Part shown: piece by piece, positions 1 through 10,210 of the stretch | Layout: every line of letters starts with the position of its first letter | Position numbering within the stretch: the stretch's first letter is position 1 | Translations under genes and position numbers: made by a program | The notes under the pieces: generated by a model | The model's input: the letters and a program-made list of their open reading frames with translations, nothing else | What the model was told of the DNA's origin: nothing | Database searches by the model: none | Source: Eledone cirrhosa | Lineage: Eukaryota | Assembly: GCA_964016885.1 (NCBI GenBank) | Contig: OZ024748.1 | Coordinates: 40,176,001 to 40,240,000, forward strand | Length of the DNA: 64,000 nt | Reading direction: 5' to 3'

Positions 1-2892
1 TATGCTTTGCCGTTCACGTATATTACTGTTACACATCCAGCGGAGCATGCAAGCTTCGTTCCTCTCTAGTCTGCGTATATCCTCTGCACACAATGCCCAG
101 GTCTCACTGCCATGCAACATTGCTGTTCGTATGCAGGCATCGTACAACCTGCCTTTCATTTTTAGGGAGAACCCTTTAGCAGCTAATAGTGGTATAAGCT
201 CTCTGAACTTTTTCCAACCAGTTCTGACTCTAGCTACAGTACTTTCAGAGCACCCTCCCCCACTGCTGATTTTATCGCCCAGGTAACGGAAGCTGTCCAC
301 TATTTCTATAGAACCCTCTGCGCAATTGAAAGAGCTAGTATTGTGTGGGCACTTGCTGCTACTTATTGCACCAGAACACCGGCCACATGTAAAATCTATG
401 TTCTTAGTTAGCTTACCTGTGATCCCACTACATCTTTTATGCACCCATACTTTGCATTTAGGACACAAAATGGAGTTTCTACCTACGCCTTTCCTACACA
501 CCGAGCACGACCATTTCCCAGAAGGGACCGCCGCCTTGTTTTCTTTCCTACAAACTAGAACTTTGGTCTTAGCCAGGTTAATTTTAAGTCCTTTTGACTC
601 TAGGCCGTGCTTCCATGTTTGGAATTTCTTCTCTAGCTCGGCCATTGATTCCGCTATGAGTGTCAGGTCGTCTGCGTATAGGAGTTCCCATGGGCAGCCT
701 GTCTTGAACTCCTCTGTTATAGCCTGAAGGGCAATAATAAATAGTAGGGGGCTGAGAACAGAGCCCTGATGGACGCCAACTTTTACGCTAAACTCTTCAC
801 TATATTCGTTGTTAATTCTAACCTTGCTGACTGTTTCTTTATACATGGCTTGTATAGCCCTCACAAGCCATTCGTCAACGCCTAGTTTTCTAAGAGCCCA
901 CCAGATAATGGAGCGGGGGACTCTGTCGAAGGCTTTCTCCAAGTCGACAAAAGCTAAGTAGAGGGGTTTACCTTTAGCTAGGTACTTCTCCTGTAGTTGT
1001 CGTACTATGAAAAGAGCGTCTGTGGTACTTTTGCCTGACACAAACCCGAACTGCATTTCATCTAGGTCAATTCTCTCTCTGATTAGTTGCGCTATTACTT
1101 TTTCTGTGACCTTCATGACCTGGTCGATTAATTTAATGCCTCTATAGTTACTCCTATCTAGGGCGTCTCCTTTACCCTTATAACAGTTAACGATGATGCT
1201 GCTATGCCAGTCCTTCGGAACAGCCCCATTCTGTACGACTTGGTTAACTATGCGGGTGACCATGGTGTGTCCCACCGTGCCAGATGCCTTCAGCATCTCA
1301 GCAACTATTTCCGAAGGCCCAGCCGCCTTACCTGTCTTCATATCCTTGATTGCCTTACTTATTATACTCCCCTCGACTAACACTGCTGGTCCCTCTATTG
1401 GGTCGACATGGGGGAGACTGTCTTTCTCCCATTTATTCTCCTCATTTAGTAGCCTTTCATAGTGACACTTCCAAGCTGCCTTCTTATCAGTGTCGGTGAT
1501 GGCAAGTATGCCATCATCGTTAAGTACACACTTCTCCCCGACAATATCACGGTTTTCCTTGACGCATTGCCTAGCAATCCTGAACACCTCACGTTTTTGG
1601 TCATCGCGTTGTAGGACATGCTTGAACTTTCTTTCCTCAGCTTCCCTTCTTGCTAAGTACACTTCTCTCCTAGCTTCCCTCCTGGCCACTTGATAGTCTA
1701 CTCTACTTCCCCCATCCCGCCATACTTTCCAAGCCTGCTTTTTGGCCTTAATTGACTCCTCCACCTTACTGTTCCACCACCATGTTACTCTCCTCCTGCC
1801 TACAGGCCTGCTCCAGCCACAGACTTCGTCTGTGGCCAACAGCAGGTTTGCTTTCAGAAATTCCCACTGTCCCTCTATATTGTCCGACTCTAAGTGTTCT
1901 TCCTTACTGTCGAAAGCATCAAGTAATATGTTTTGAAATTTATTTTTGGCTGTGGGGTCCTTTAGCTTCCATATTTTTCTCCTGAGGATAGTCCTCTTCT
2001 GCTGTCGAGTACGTCTCGACCTGACTATGAGGTCGCTAATTATCAGTCTATGTTGGGAGGTGCATTCTTCATGGGGGAGGGATTTAGTGTTTACAACAGA
2101 CACTCTGTCACGTCTTCTGGTAAGGATATAATCTACCTGGCTTGTGTGTTCCCCGGATCTATAGGTGATCAGGTGATTGTCACGTTTTTTGAAGTTAGTG
2201 TTACAGATAGTTAGGTTATTTGCATCACAGAATTCCAGGATTCTGGAGCCTTCCTCATTTCTAGTACCAAACCCATAGCCTCCATGGATTTCGTCGTAGC
2301 CGTCACAATGTTGCCCAACGTGACCATTTAGGTCGCCTGCAATAATTATATAGTCACTGTCAGATATTTGGGAGGTAGTGAGCATCAGTGTCTCATAGAA
2401 TCTGTCTTTTATAGTGCCGGGCAGTCCGGATTGGGGTGCATACGCAGATATTACTGTCACCGTAGTTCTATTGAGGACAAGTCGTATTTTAATTATTCTG
2501 TCGTTCACTCTATTTACGTCTATTATCTTATCCGCCCACTTTTCTGCTACCATGATTCCTACTCCACCCAGCCCATCGTCGTTTCCCACCCAGAAAAGCT
2601 TATAACATCGTTTTTTACCCTCAATGAATCTAGCAGACCCACCCCTCCACCTGGTCTCTTGAATACAACAAACATCGACCTCCTTACGTTCAAGCATTTC
2701 TACAACCTCGTTAGCGCGCCCCTTTAGGGTGCCTACATTTATGGTACCAACTCTGAAGTTTTGGATCGCGTTTGGAGGGTGGGGGTGGTGTGGGGCGGGG
2801 GGAGATGGGGTTATGTTAGCCATCCGCGGGCGAAACAAAGAAGAGTGCTCGCATTCTCGTCCACGAGGTGAATTTGACTTTAGCATTGGCAT
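1..2892 (-). CDS. RTE ORF (APE endonuclease - reverse transcriptase - PHD-like finger), open to the window edge
   Basis: ATG at 2892 (MPMLKSNSPRG...NFRVGTINVGTLKG) is in frame with MLERKEVD at 2697. The ORF track lists no terminated minus ORF here, consistent with no stop before base 1. YADD motif near 668-679. Confidence 0.8.
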   Translation of the reverse strand, partial: MPMLKSNSPRGRECEHSSLFRPRMANITPSPPAPHHPHPPNAIQNFRVGTINVGTLKGRANEVVEMLERKEVDVCCIQETRWRGGSARFIEGKKRCYKLFWVGNDDGLGGVGIMVAEKWADKIIDVNRVNDRIIKIRLVLNRTTVTVISAYAPQSGLPGTIKDRFYETLMLTTSQISDSDYIIIAGDLNGHVGQHCDGYDEIHGGYGFGTRNEEGSRILEFCDANNLTICNTNFKKRDNHLITYRSGEHTSQVDYILTRRRDRVSVVNTKSLPHEECTSQHRLIISDLIVRSRRTRQQKRTILRRKIWKLKDPTAKNKFQNILLDAFDSKEEHLESDNIEGQWEFLKANLLLATDEVCGWSRPVGRRRVTWWWNSKVEESIKAKKQAWKVWRDGGSRVDYQVARREARREVYLARREAEERKFKHVLQRDDQKREVFRIARQCVKENRDIVGEKCVLNDDGILAITDTDKKAAWKCHYERLLNEENKWEKDSLPHVDPIEGPAVLVEGSIISKAIKDMKTGKAAGPSEIVAEMLKASGTVGHTMVTRIVNQVVQNGAVPKDWHSSIIVNCYKGKGDALDRSNYRGIKLIDQVMKVTEKVIAQLIRERIDLDEMQFGFVSGKSTTDALFIVRQLQEKYLAKGKPLYLAFVDLEKAFDRVPRSIIWWALRKLGVDEWLVRAIQAMYKETVSKVRINNEYSEEFSVKVGVHQGSVLSPLLFIIALQAITEEFKTGCPWELLYADDLTLIAESMAELEKKFQTWKHGLESKGLKINLAKTKVLVCRKENKAAVPSGKWSCSVCRKGVGRNSILCPKCKVWVHKRCSGITGKLTKNIDFTCGRCSGAISSSKCPHNTSSFNCAEGSIEIVDSFRYLGDKISSGGGCSESTVARVRTGWKKFRELIPLLAAKGFSLKMKGRLYDACIRTAMLHGSETWALCAEDIRRLERNEACMLRWMCNSNIRERQSI

Positions 2893-3179
2893 TTTCGCTC
2901 TGAGCGTCCAGATTTTTCTCTCCCCTCCACTCTCCAGGATTCCGCAGTCCGTCCATCCATCCATCATATATCGAAGGCAACCGTGCAAGCGATAGTATAG
3001 GCCTCTGGCTTATGATTGGTCCGCGTAATAATAATAATGGTGATGCGTGTGGGGGGGGGGGTCTCTGGCTTATAGTAATAATGGTGATGCGTGTGGGGGG
3101 GGGGGTCTCTGGCTTATGATTGGTCCACGTATTAAGAATGGTGGTGTGTGGGGGCGGGTGGGAGGGATGTGGGGTAGCT

Positions 3180-5198
3180 AGCTGGAAGGTTATGAATGTT
3201 TACCAGCGAGTAACAAAAAGCAAAACTGCAAGATTTGTTCTGTTCAATACGACAAAAACACCGTATTTAAACCTTAATAAATAACAAAAAATACAGATTT
3301 CGGATTTTGCGGGATTGGATGTTTGTACGAAATTGTGGTGTGTGGAGGAGATAGGAAAAACGTGAACGTTACGATTACATGGTTACACCGTAGTAGGGGT
3401 AGTTGAAGCAGCAATTGTTTGGCGAAAGTGAATAAACATGAACGGGAATTTATCTTATATATATATGTGTGTGTGTGTGTGTGTAGCTAAGAGAGAGAGA
3501 GAGAGAGTGGGAAGGGGGAGAGAGAGAGAGAGAGAGTGGCTGACCGCAACCCCTCGTGAAGAAAATGGTGGGTGAGGGGTGTATGAGCGGGATTTTTGAC
3601 TTTCGAGGTAGCATGATATATATATTTAAAGTAAATTATAAGAAGTAGAATGGAAAGGATTTTGTTGTTTTTTGTTTTTTTTGTTTGAGAATACGATAGA
3701 ATTAGGGAATTGGAGGATAAGCTGGAAGGTTATGAATGTTTACCAGCGAGTAACAAAAAGCAAAACTGCAAGATTTGTTCTGTTCAATACGACAAAAACA
3801 CCGTATTTAAACCTTAATAAATAACAAAAAATACAGATTTCGGATTTTGCGGGATTGGATGTTTGTACGAAATTGTGGTGTGTGGAGGAGATAGGAAAAA
3901 CGTGAACGTTACGATTACATGGTTACACCGTAGTAGGGGTAGTTGAAGCAGCAATTGTTTGGCGAAAGTGAATAAACATGAACGGGAATTTATCTTATAT
4001 ATATATGTGTGTGTGTGTGTGTGTAGCTAAGAGAGAGAGAGAGAGAGTGGGAAGGGGGAGAGAGAGAGAGAGAGAGTGGCTGACCGCAACCCCTCGTGAA
4101 GAAAATGGTGGGTGAGGGGTGTATGAGCGGGATTTTTGACTTTCGAGGTAGCATGATATATATATTTAAAGTAAATTATAAGAAGTAGAATGGAAAGGAT
4201 TTTGTTGTTTTTTGTTTTTTTGTTTGAGAATACGATAGAATTAGGGAATTGGAGGATAAGCTGGAAGGTTATGAATGTTTACCAGCGAGTAACAAAAAGC
4301 AAAACTGCAAGATTTGTTCTGTTCAATACGACAAAAACACCGTATTTAAACCTTAATAAATAACAAAAAATACAGATTTCGGATTTTGCGGGATTGGATG
4401 TTTGTACGAAATTGTGGTGTGTGGAGGAGATAGGAAAAACGTGAACGTTACGATTACATGGTTACACCGTAGTAGGGGTAGTTGAAGCAGCAATTGTTTG
4501 GCGAAAGTGAATAAACATGAACGGGAATTTATCTTATATATATATGTGTGTGTGTGTGTGTGTAGCTAAGAGAGAGAGAGAGAGAGTGGGAAGGGGGAGA
4601 GAGAGAGAGAGAGAGTGGCTGACCGCAACCCCTCGTGAAGAAAATGGTGGGTGAGGGGTGTATGAGCGGGATTTTTGACTTTCGAGGTAGCATGATATAT
4701 ATATTTAAAGTAAATTATAAGAAGTAGAATGGAAAGGATTTTGTTGTTTTTTGTTTTTTTGTTTGAGAATACGATAGAATTAGGGAATTGGAGGATAAGC
4801 TGGAAGGTTATGAATGTTTACCAGCGAGTAACAAAAAGCAAAACTGCAAGATTTGTTCTGTTCAATACGACAAAAACACCGTATTTAAACCTTAATAAAT
4901 AACAAAAAATACAGATTTCGGATTTTGCGGGATTGGATGTTTGTACGAAATTGTGGTGTGTGGAGGAGATAGGAAAAACGTGAACGTTACGATTACATGG
5001 TTACACCGTAGTAGGGGTAGTTGAAGCAGCAATTGTTTGGCGAAAGTGAATAAACATGAACGGGAATTTATCTTATATATATATGTGTGTGTGTGTGTGT
5101 GTAGCTAAGAGAGAGAGAGAGAGAGTGGGAAGGGGGAGAGAGAGAGAGAGAGAGTGGCTGACCGCAACCCCTCGTGAAGAAAATGGTGGGTGAGGGGT
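3180..5198 (-). repeat. ~540-bp tandem repeat, ~3.7 near-identical units, forming the RTE 5' UTR
   Basis: gctggaaggttatgaatg recurs at ~3181, 3721, 4260 and 4799. The unit is homologous to the single-copy 5' end of RTE copy 2 (cttcacgaggg..gcggtca, ttcgccaaa, gaacagaacaaatcttg). Confidence 0.92.
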
Positions 5199-5261
5199 TA
5201 TATATATATAGCACAAATAGAATGTAACTATATGGATGTGTTATACACACACACAAATATC

Positions 5262-5350
5262 ATAATAATAATGAAATTATTGTGTACAGTGCTCAGGTGC
5301 ACTACAACTCATCAAAGGTGCGTGTATTGTATATAGAATAATGTACAAAT
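5262..5350 (-). mobile_element. CR1-type LINE 3' tail remnant
   Basis: Reverse complement of the tail at 16080-16130 (gcacctttga.gagttgtagtgcacctgagcactgtacacaat). Confidence 0.55.
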
Positions 5351-5521
5351 GTTTTTAACATCCACTTTCCCAGCTAGCAAGGGTTGGACAGGTCTACATA
5401 GACCAAGTCAGATGGAAGAGGGGGAGATAGAGGTGGTAAGTAAGAGTTGTCCTTCCTAGCAACAACCCTCTTACATATTCACAATTCAATAAAATAAAAA
5501 TAAATTCTAGAGTTTAATTAC

Positions 5522-5602
5522 CCATACAGAAAATCGAAGATCTTCTCCTCCCACTTTGAATTCTGTTTTGAAGAGAATAGCAAATTTTTCTTCTGTTACA
5601 GT
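5522..5602 (-). CDS. STAT5: STAT5-like exon: TVTEEKFAILFKTEFKVGGEDLRFSVW
   Basis: ctctag/gtaatt, 81 nt, phase 0-0. STAT motif 'VTEEKF..LF...F.VGG'. Confidence 0.95.
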
Positions 5603-6234
5603 CTAGAGAGAAAAGGAGAATTATTAGACAAGTTCCTGTAAGAACACCCAATATATATCACTTCCATTAAAACTAATTCAAAAATACCTCCAACTTTTTA
5701 GACCATTGACACTCTTCATGAAAGATTTAACCCCTTCATGAAAGGTTTGACCCCTTCATAAAAAGTTTGACTCATTCATAAAAGATTTGACCTTTTCATG
5801 GAAGACATGACCTGTAGTTTTAGTTATAGGTCTCCTTTGGGGGTTCTACTTTTGGGAGTAAAAAGGATTTATTTATCCCCCACAAAAATTAAAACCCTTT
5901 AGTTACCAACCCAGCCGAAACCAGCTCTGGTTCTATGAAATAAAGCCACCCATTTTTAAGGTTTCCAATTTATATTAAAATCTTCCAACATAATTTTATA
6001 TAAGAACCTTACATTAAGTTACTGTCTTAGTAATAAAATAATAATTTTAGTAAATCCCTCAAAATTCTTCATTGATTAATTAAAATAGAGTGTATTATTA
6101 TTAGAAATACAGTCATGAGAGGGTTAATAAGTAATTAGACACTCCCAAAGTACTATTCCATCAACTTTGTTATCATTGGTTTTAACATTTAATGTCCTCT
6201 TTGTATTGTTGTAGCCCTTAATAAATCTACTTAC

Positions 6235-6276
6235 CTCTGTAGACCTTCGTTCAGCTCTTCTGATCCTCTTCAGTTG
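6235..6276 (-). CDS. STAT5: STAT5-like micro-exon: QLKRIRRAERRSTE
   Basis: acacag/gtaagt, 42 nt, phase 0-0. Resembles STAT5 'LKRIKRADRRGAE'. Confidence 0.92.
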
Positions 6277-6424
6277 CTGTGTTAAATAGAAATGATTTCA
6301 GTTAATGGTGTCGCAACTAAAAGTTGTACAAACAATTGGATCAAAGCCAGGAATAAATACTGAACCATTTAATCCAATTCTAATATCTCAGTCAATTCTT
6401 CAATAGGTATTAACCCACTCTCTA

Positions 6425-6640
6425 AATATCCTCCCCTCTAATGAACTCACCCTCAAATCAACCTCCCCTCAAATCAACCCACCCTCTAAGCAACCTCCCC
6501 TCTAATTAACCCACCTTCAAATCAACCTCCCCTCTAATGAACCCACCCTCAAATCAACCTCCCCTCTAATGAATTTCACCCTCAAATCAACCTCTGCTCT
6601 AATGAACTCACCCTCAAATCAACCTCCGCTCTAATGACTC
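6425..6640. repeat. C-rich minisatellite (aacctcccctctaatg / aacccaccctcaaatc alternation)
   Basis: Directly visible alternating ~16-bp subunits. Confidence 0.85.
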
Positions 6641-6720
6641 CATACTCAATTCACTGCCAATTTGCCAATTATGTTATTGCCATTAAAATGAAACGATTCC
6701 AATTACTGACAAAAACTCAC

Positions 6721-6850
6721 CATATTTCGGAATTTTACAGACAAGAAATTATTTTCCACAACTTCCATTTTCCCAACATTATTCAAAATTTCTCCCATTG
6801 TTTCATTGTTCCTAAGTTCGTTTTGACTAGATTGTCTGGCATCTTGTTCT
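6721..6850 (-). CDS. STAT5: STAT5-like exon (DNA-binding domain): EQDARQSSQNELRNNETMGEILNNVGKMEVVENNFLSVKFRNM
   Basis: tttcag/gtgagt, 130 nt, phase 2-0. Motifs 'GEILNN' and 'FRNM'. Confidence 0.95.
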
Positions 6851-6868
6851 CTGAAAATAAATATTATA

Positions 6869-7379
6869 TTAACGCTTTGGCATTTAAACTGGTTGTAACT
6901 GGCCAGAATTCTCCCCCTCTTTCTGTTCAAACAGGCTATATCCAGTTAGAATTCTCTCCCCTCTTCCTATTCAAATCAACTGTATCTGGCCAGAATTCTC
7001 TCCCCTCTTCCTGTTCAAACCAGCTGTATCCGGCCAGAATTCTCTTACCTCTTCCTGTTCAAACCGGCTGTATCCAGTCAGAATTTTCTCCCCTCTTCCT
7101 GTTCAAATCGGCTGTATCCAGCAAGAATTCTTTCACCTCTTTGTGTTCAAATCAGCTGTAACTGGCCACTCATACTAATGTTAAGGTATTGTTCTCAAAA
7201 TAAATATCAAAATCTCATAGATATTCAATATTATTGTTTCTACATTTGGCACAAGGCCAGCAATTACTCCAGTGTATTACTGGTACTCATAGATATTCAA
7301 TATTATGTAAGATAATTATGTGGTAAAGCATTTACCTCGAAAATACAATAGTATATATAGAGTAATGTTAAAGGGTTAA
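6869..7379. mobile_element. TTAA-flanked piggyBac-type MITE, copy 1, with an internal 42-bp motif expanded ~6x
   Basis: Ends ttaacgctttggcatt ... aatgttaaagggttaa; internal sequence shared with the copies at 29746 and 34778. Confidence 0.7.
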
Positions 7380-7611
7380 GGGATGCAGCCCCAAAATGAA
7401 TGTACAAATGAGATGAGGTCCTCCAACCTGCCCAGGAGGGCAATACCTCCAAATAAGAAGACTCAGGGTGGTGGCTGATGATGGTGGTGCTGGCGGAGAT
7501 GACTATGATGGTGATGATGGAGGTGGAGATGGTGATGGAGATGTGGTGGTGCTGACAGAGATGATGGTGATAAAAGATGTGAAAAATGATGAAAGCTGAG
7601 AGAATACTCAC

Positions 7612-7749
7612 GATATCAACATAGCTTTAACATCAGGAAGATTCATGTTTATATTTAAAGCCTTGCCTACAAGCAGAGTAACGAGGGCCGAGAAACGACC
7701 TGCATCTTTCTTCAGAATTTGAGCTGGTTGATGTTGGACAAGGAATGTG
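7612..7749 (-). CDS. STAT5: STAT5-like exon (DNA-binding domain): TFLVQHQPAQILKKDAGRFSALVTLLVGKALNINMNLPDVKAMLI
   Basis: tactag/gtgagt, 138 nt, phase 2-2. Resembles STAT5 'STFIIEKQPPQVLK...[28 protein letters not shown]'. Confidence 0.95.
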
Positions 7750-8256
7750 CTAGTAAAAGTGAGAAAATAAAACATAAGTTACTGGCGAAAAATAATATAT
7801 TGTTACATGAGAGTGGGTTGAAAAGTCCATAGACTGATTATGAAGGAGTGATGCTAAAGCTGTGAAATCTTGCCTGTATTAATTTCAACTCTTCTTAGTA
7901 ATAACTACATTGTTTCTTTCCAAGGACTATGTTGAAAAATAAACCTCATTTGGTCATTCCATGAGAGTATCTTGGTCAGACTGAACTATTCAGCCAACTG
8001 TCGCAAACATATGTATGTGTATGTGTGTGTGTGTGTGTGTGTGCGTGTGTGTGTGTATATATATATCCTGTCTCTATATTTTGTACTCTTGAAGAAGGGC
8101 TAAAGCCTGACACATTCGACTTTCTTTCCCCTTTTCCATATAAAGCACAAAACTAATTTTTTGTACCTCTGCTTTGTCATTTCCTTGAACTATATATATA
8201 TATATAAAGAATGAATAATAACAGGTAGACATCATAAAAAGGTAATTTATTCCGTG

Positions 8257-8368
8257 TGCTTACAAGTGTTTCCACGGTGGTACTGCAGCCTAGTTATGCT
8301 ACGTGCAAATTCACAAGTACTTGCAGAACTCAAATATCCAATGCTGTGACCACTGTTTCCTCAGAGCA
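8257..8368 (-). ncRNA. Hammerhead-like motif in the Penelope 3' repeat (long stem II insert)
   Basis: Sense strand reads TGCT-CTGAGGA-aacagtggt..67 nt..accaccgtg-GAAAC-actt-GTA-AGCA. Confidence 0.6.
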
Positions 8369-8861
8369 GAATGGTAAAATGTACAATGTAAATACCCTTA
8401 AGTGAGGTTGTTGGGGAAGATAGAGTAGAAAAAGAAGAGAGAAAAGTAGGGAAGAGGGAGAGAGAGAGAAAGATATGCAGGAGTTGGAGAAGTAGGAGAG
8501 AATGGCTTGTAGATATCTTAATCAAAATGTTATGGTAGGGGTTTTATTATACTGGTTACTTTTGGAGAGATGCGTTGATAGTTAAGGTCGGAATTATTTA
8601 TTGCCCCAGAGGGCAGGTTCATAGATGTTGAGAGGGAGGTAGGCCAAAGGCGAGAGAGAGAGAGTGTAATGGATGTAGAGAGAGATAGGTAGAGAGGGGA
8701 CAGATAAAGTTTGTGTGGTGAGTGAACTTTGGGTTTGTAGTAGTAATCTAGGAATTGCACTGAGTTACCATGTATAGTGATAAGCAGTGTATTGTCTTGT
8801 AGTGTGGGGGGAAGAGAAGGTTGTTAGCTAGAAAGTGGTGTTATAGTTACGGGTTCGAATG

Positions 8862-10008
8862 TTAAGTTATTTTATAGTGAGAGAATTTAGCTTTTAGTTT
8901 GTGGTTGCAGTATAATGATCGTTCAATTCTATCGTTAAGTAGTTTGTTTTTGGATTTTAATATGTAAAAGAGCTCAAGGTTACATAACCTGCAGTACTTC
9001 AATCCACTCCGGTATGCACTTGCGCTGGAAAGTATATCCCATTTTAAGGTGAACTGTTGGTTGTGTTCACGGAGTTGCCAGGTCTTGTTGGCGAGCGTGG
9101 TCACAAAACGGTGATTCGGATGTTTGATTGAGAATCGATGACGGTACCAGCGAGATTTAAACGATGTGGTGGTAGAACCGATATAATACCATTTCTGGTC
9201 GTTCGATTCAACCGTATTCTTCAATGGACATCTTTCAGGTAGATGCCAGTTACATTCTTTGTTGTGGGTAGCGGGTATACCATGGATAGGTTGTGATAGC
9301 GGTACAGGTGGGTTGTGTAATACCCGTCTCCCATTTAGTGGTTGGGAGGCAGATATTGCGTTCTGCCCATCTGTTATTAAAATGTTTTGTTTTGTAGAGT
9401 TGTTTAATTGCCTTAAGTTAAGTTTTTTTATGTGTGCTTCAAGGTTTGGTGCTGTGGAGTATGATAGTCTAATAGTTTTAGAGTTCAGAATGTTGCTGTA
9501 TTTATGGGAACTAGGGAAGTTTTTGTTGATTAACTTAAAGAATGAAAGAGATAGTTTTGTACTAATCGAGGCATTAAAAATAGGATTGTACCAGATATAC
9601 TTTCTACAACGTGATTTATTTGGTGGTGATCTGCTATTATTAGTATGTCTGGTAGTACTGTGTGTGTGTGCTTGTGTTTTAGTCCCCCGGTTACGCATTC
9701 CTTGATTTCGTGTAGAGCTATGTGTGTTATGGAGATTCCTATCAATGTATTCTATTGTATCCCGGTGGTCGGCATTCCTTAATGCATTATTGTAGTATTC
9801 AGCGTGTTCACTAAAAATATCAGAGTTAGACGATAGGCGAGAGATTCTAAGAGAAATACTCCGGGGAACTGATTTGATCATGGAGAGTGGGTGGTTTGAG
9901 TTAAAGTTAATATACGTATGGTTCTCATTTACCTTGTGGAAGGGTCGTATCTGTCCGGTATTTAAATTAAGAGTTACGTCCAGAAAGTTTACTACTTTAA
10001 GATTGTAT
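8862..10008 (-). pseudogene. Penelope RT thumb + GIY-YIG endonuclease fragment
   Basis: NFLDVTLNL, SNHP..IKSVP.SIS.R, IWYNP.F, YYIGST, LKWDIL, CRLC.LE motifs. Confidence 0.88.
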
Positions 10009-10021
10009 TTGTATGCTCTAA

Positions 10022-10149
10022 ACTCCCGCTTCTACTAGCCCTCGCCCCCCCCCCCCCCTCCCTCTACTTCACGAGGGCATGGCGGTCAACCGCCCCAATA
10101 CCTACATCATGCGGCCAAACCTCTCTCTCTCCCCCTCCCTCTCTCTTAG

Positions 10150-10210
<61 letters not shown>

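Larger units (their letters stand above)
1..5198 (-). mobile_element. RTE-clade LINE, subfamily A, copy 1 (3' part runs off the window)
   Basis: Reverse complement is colinear with the copy at 10.0-14.3 kb. APE endonuclease plus RT; the 5' UTR ends in ~540-bp tandem units. Confidence 0.93.

Noticed and set aside
2-2995. Many short ORFs recurring antisense to each RTE copy
   Set aside because: They are shadow ORFs of the RT frame, repeated only because the elements are homologous.
8085-8120. Hammerhead-like ttgaaga-agggctaaagcct-gacac
   Set aside because: GAAA is mutated to GACA and there is no stem I or cleavage triplet; at best a dead relic.
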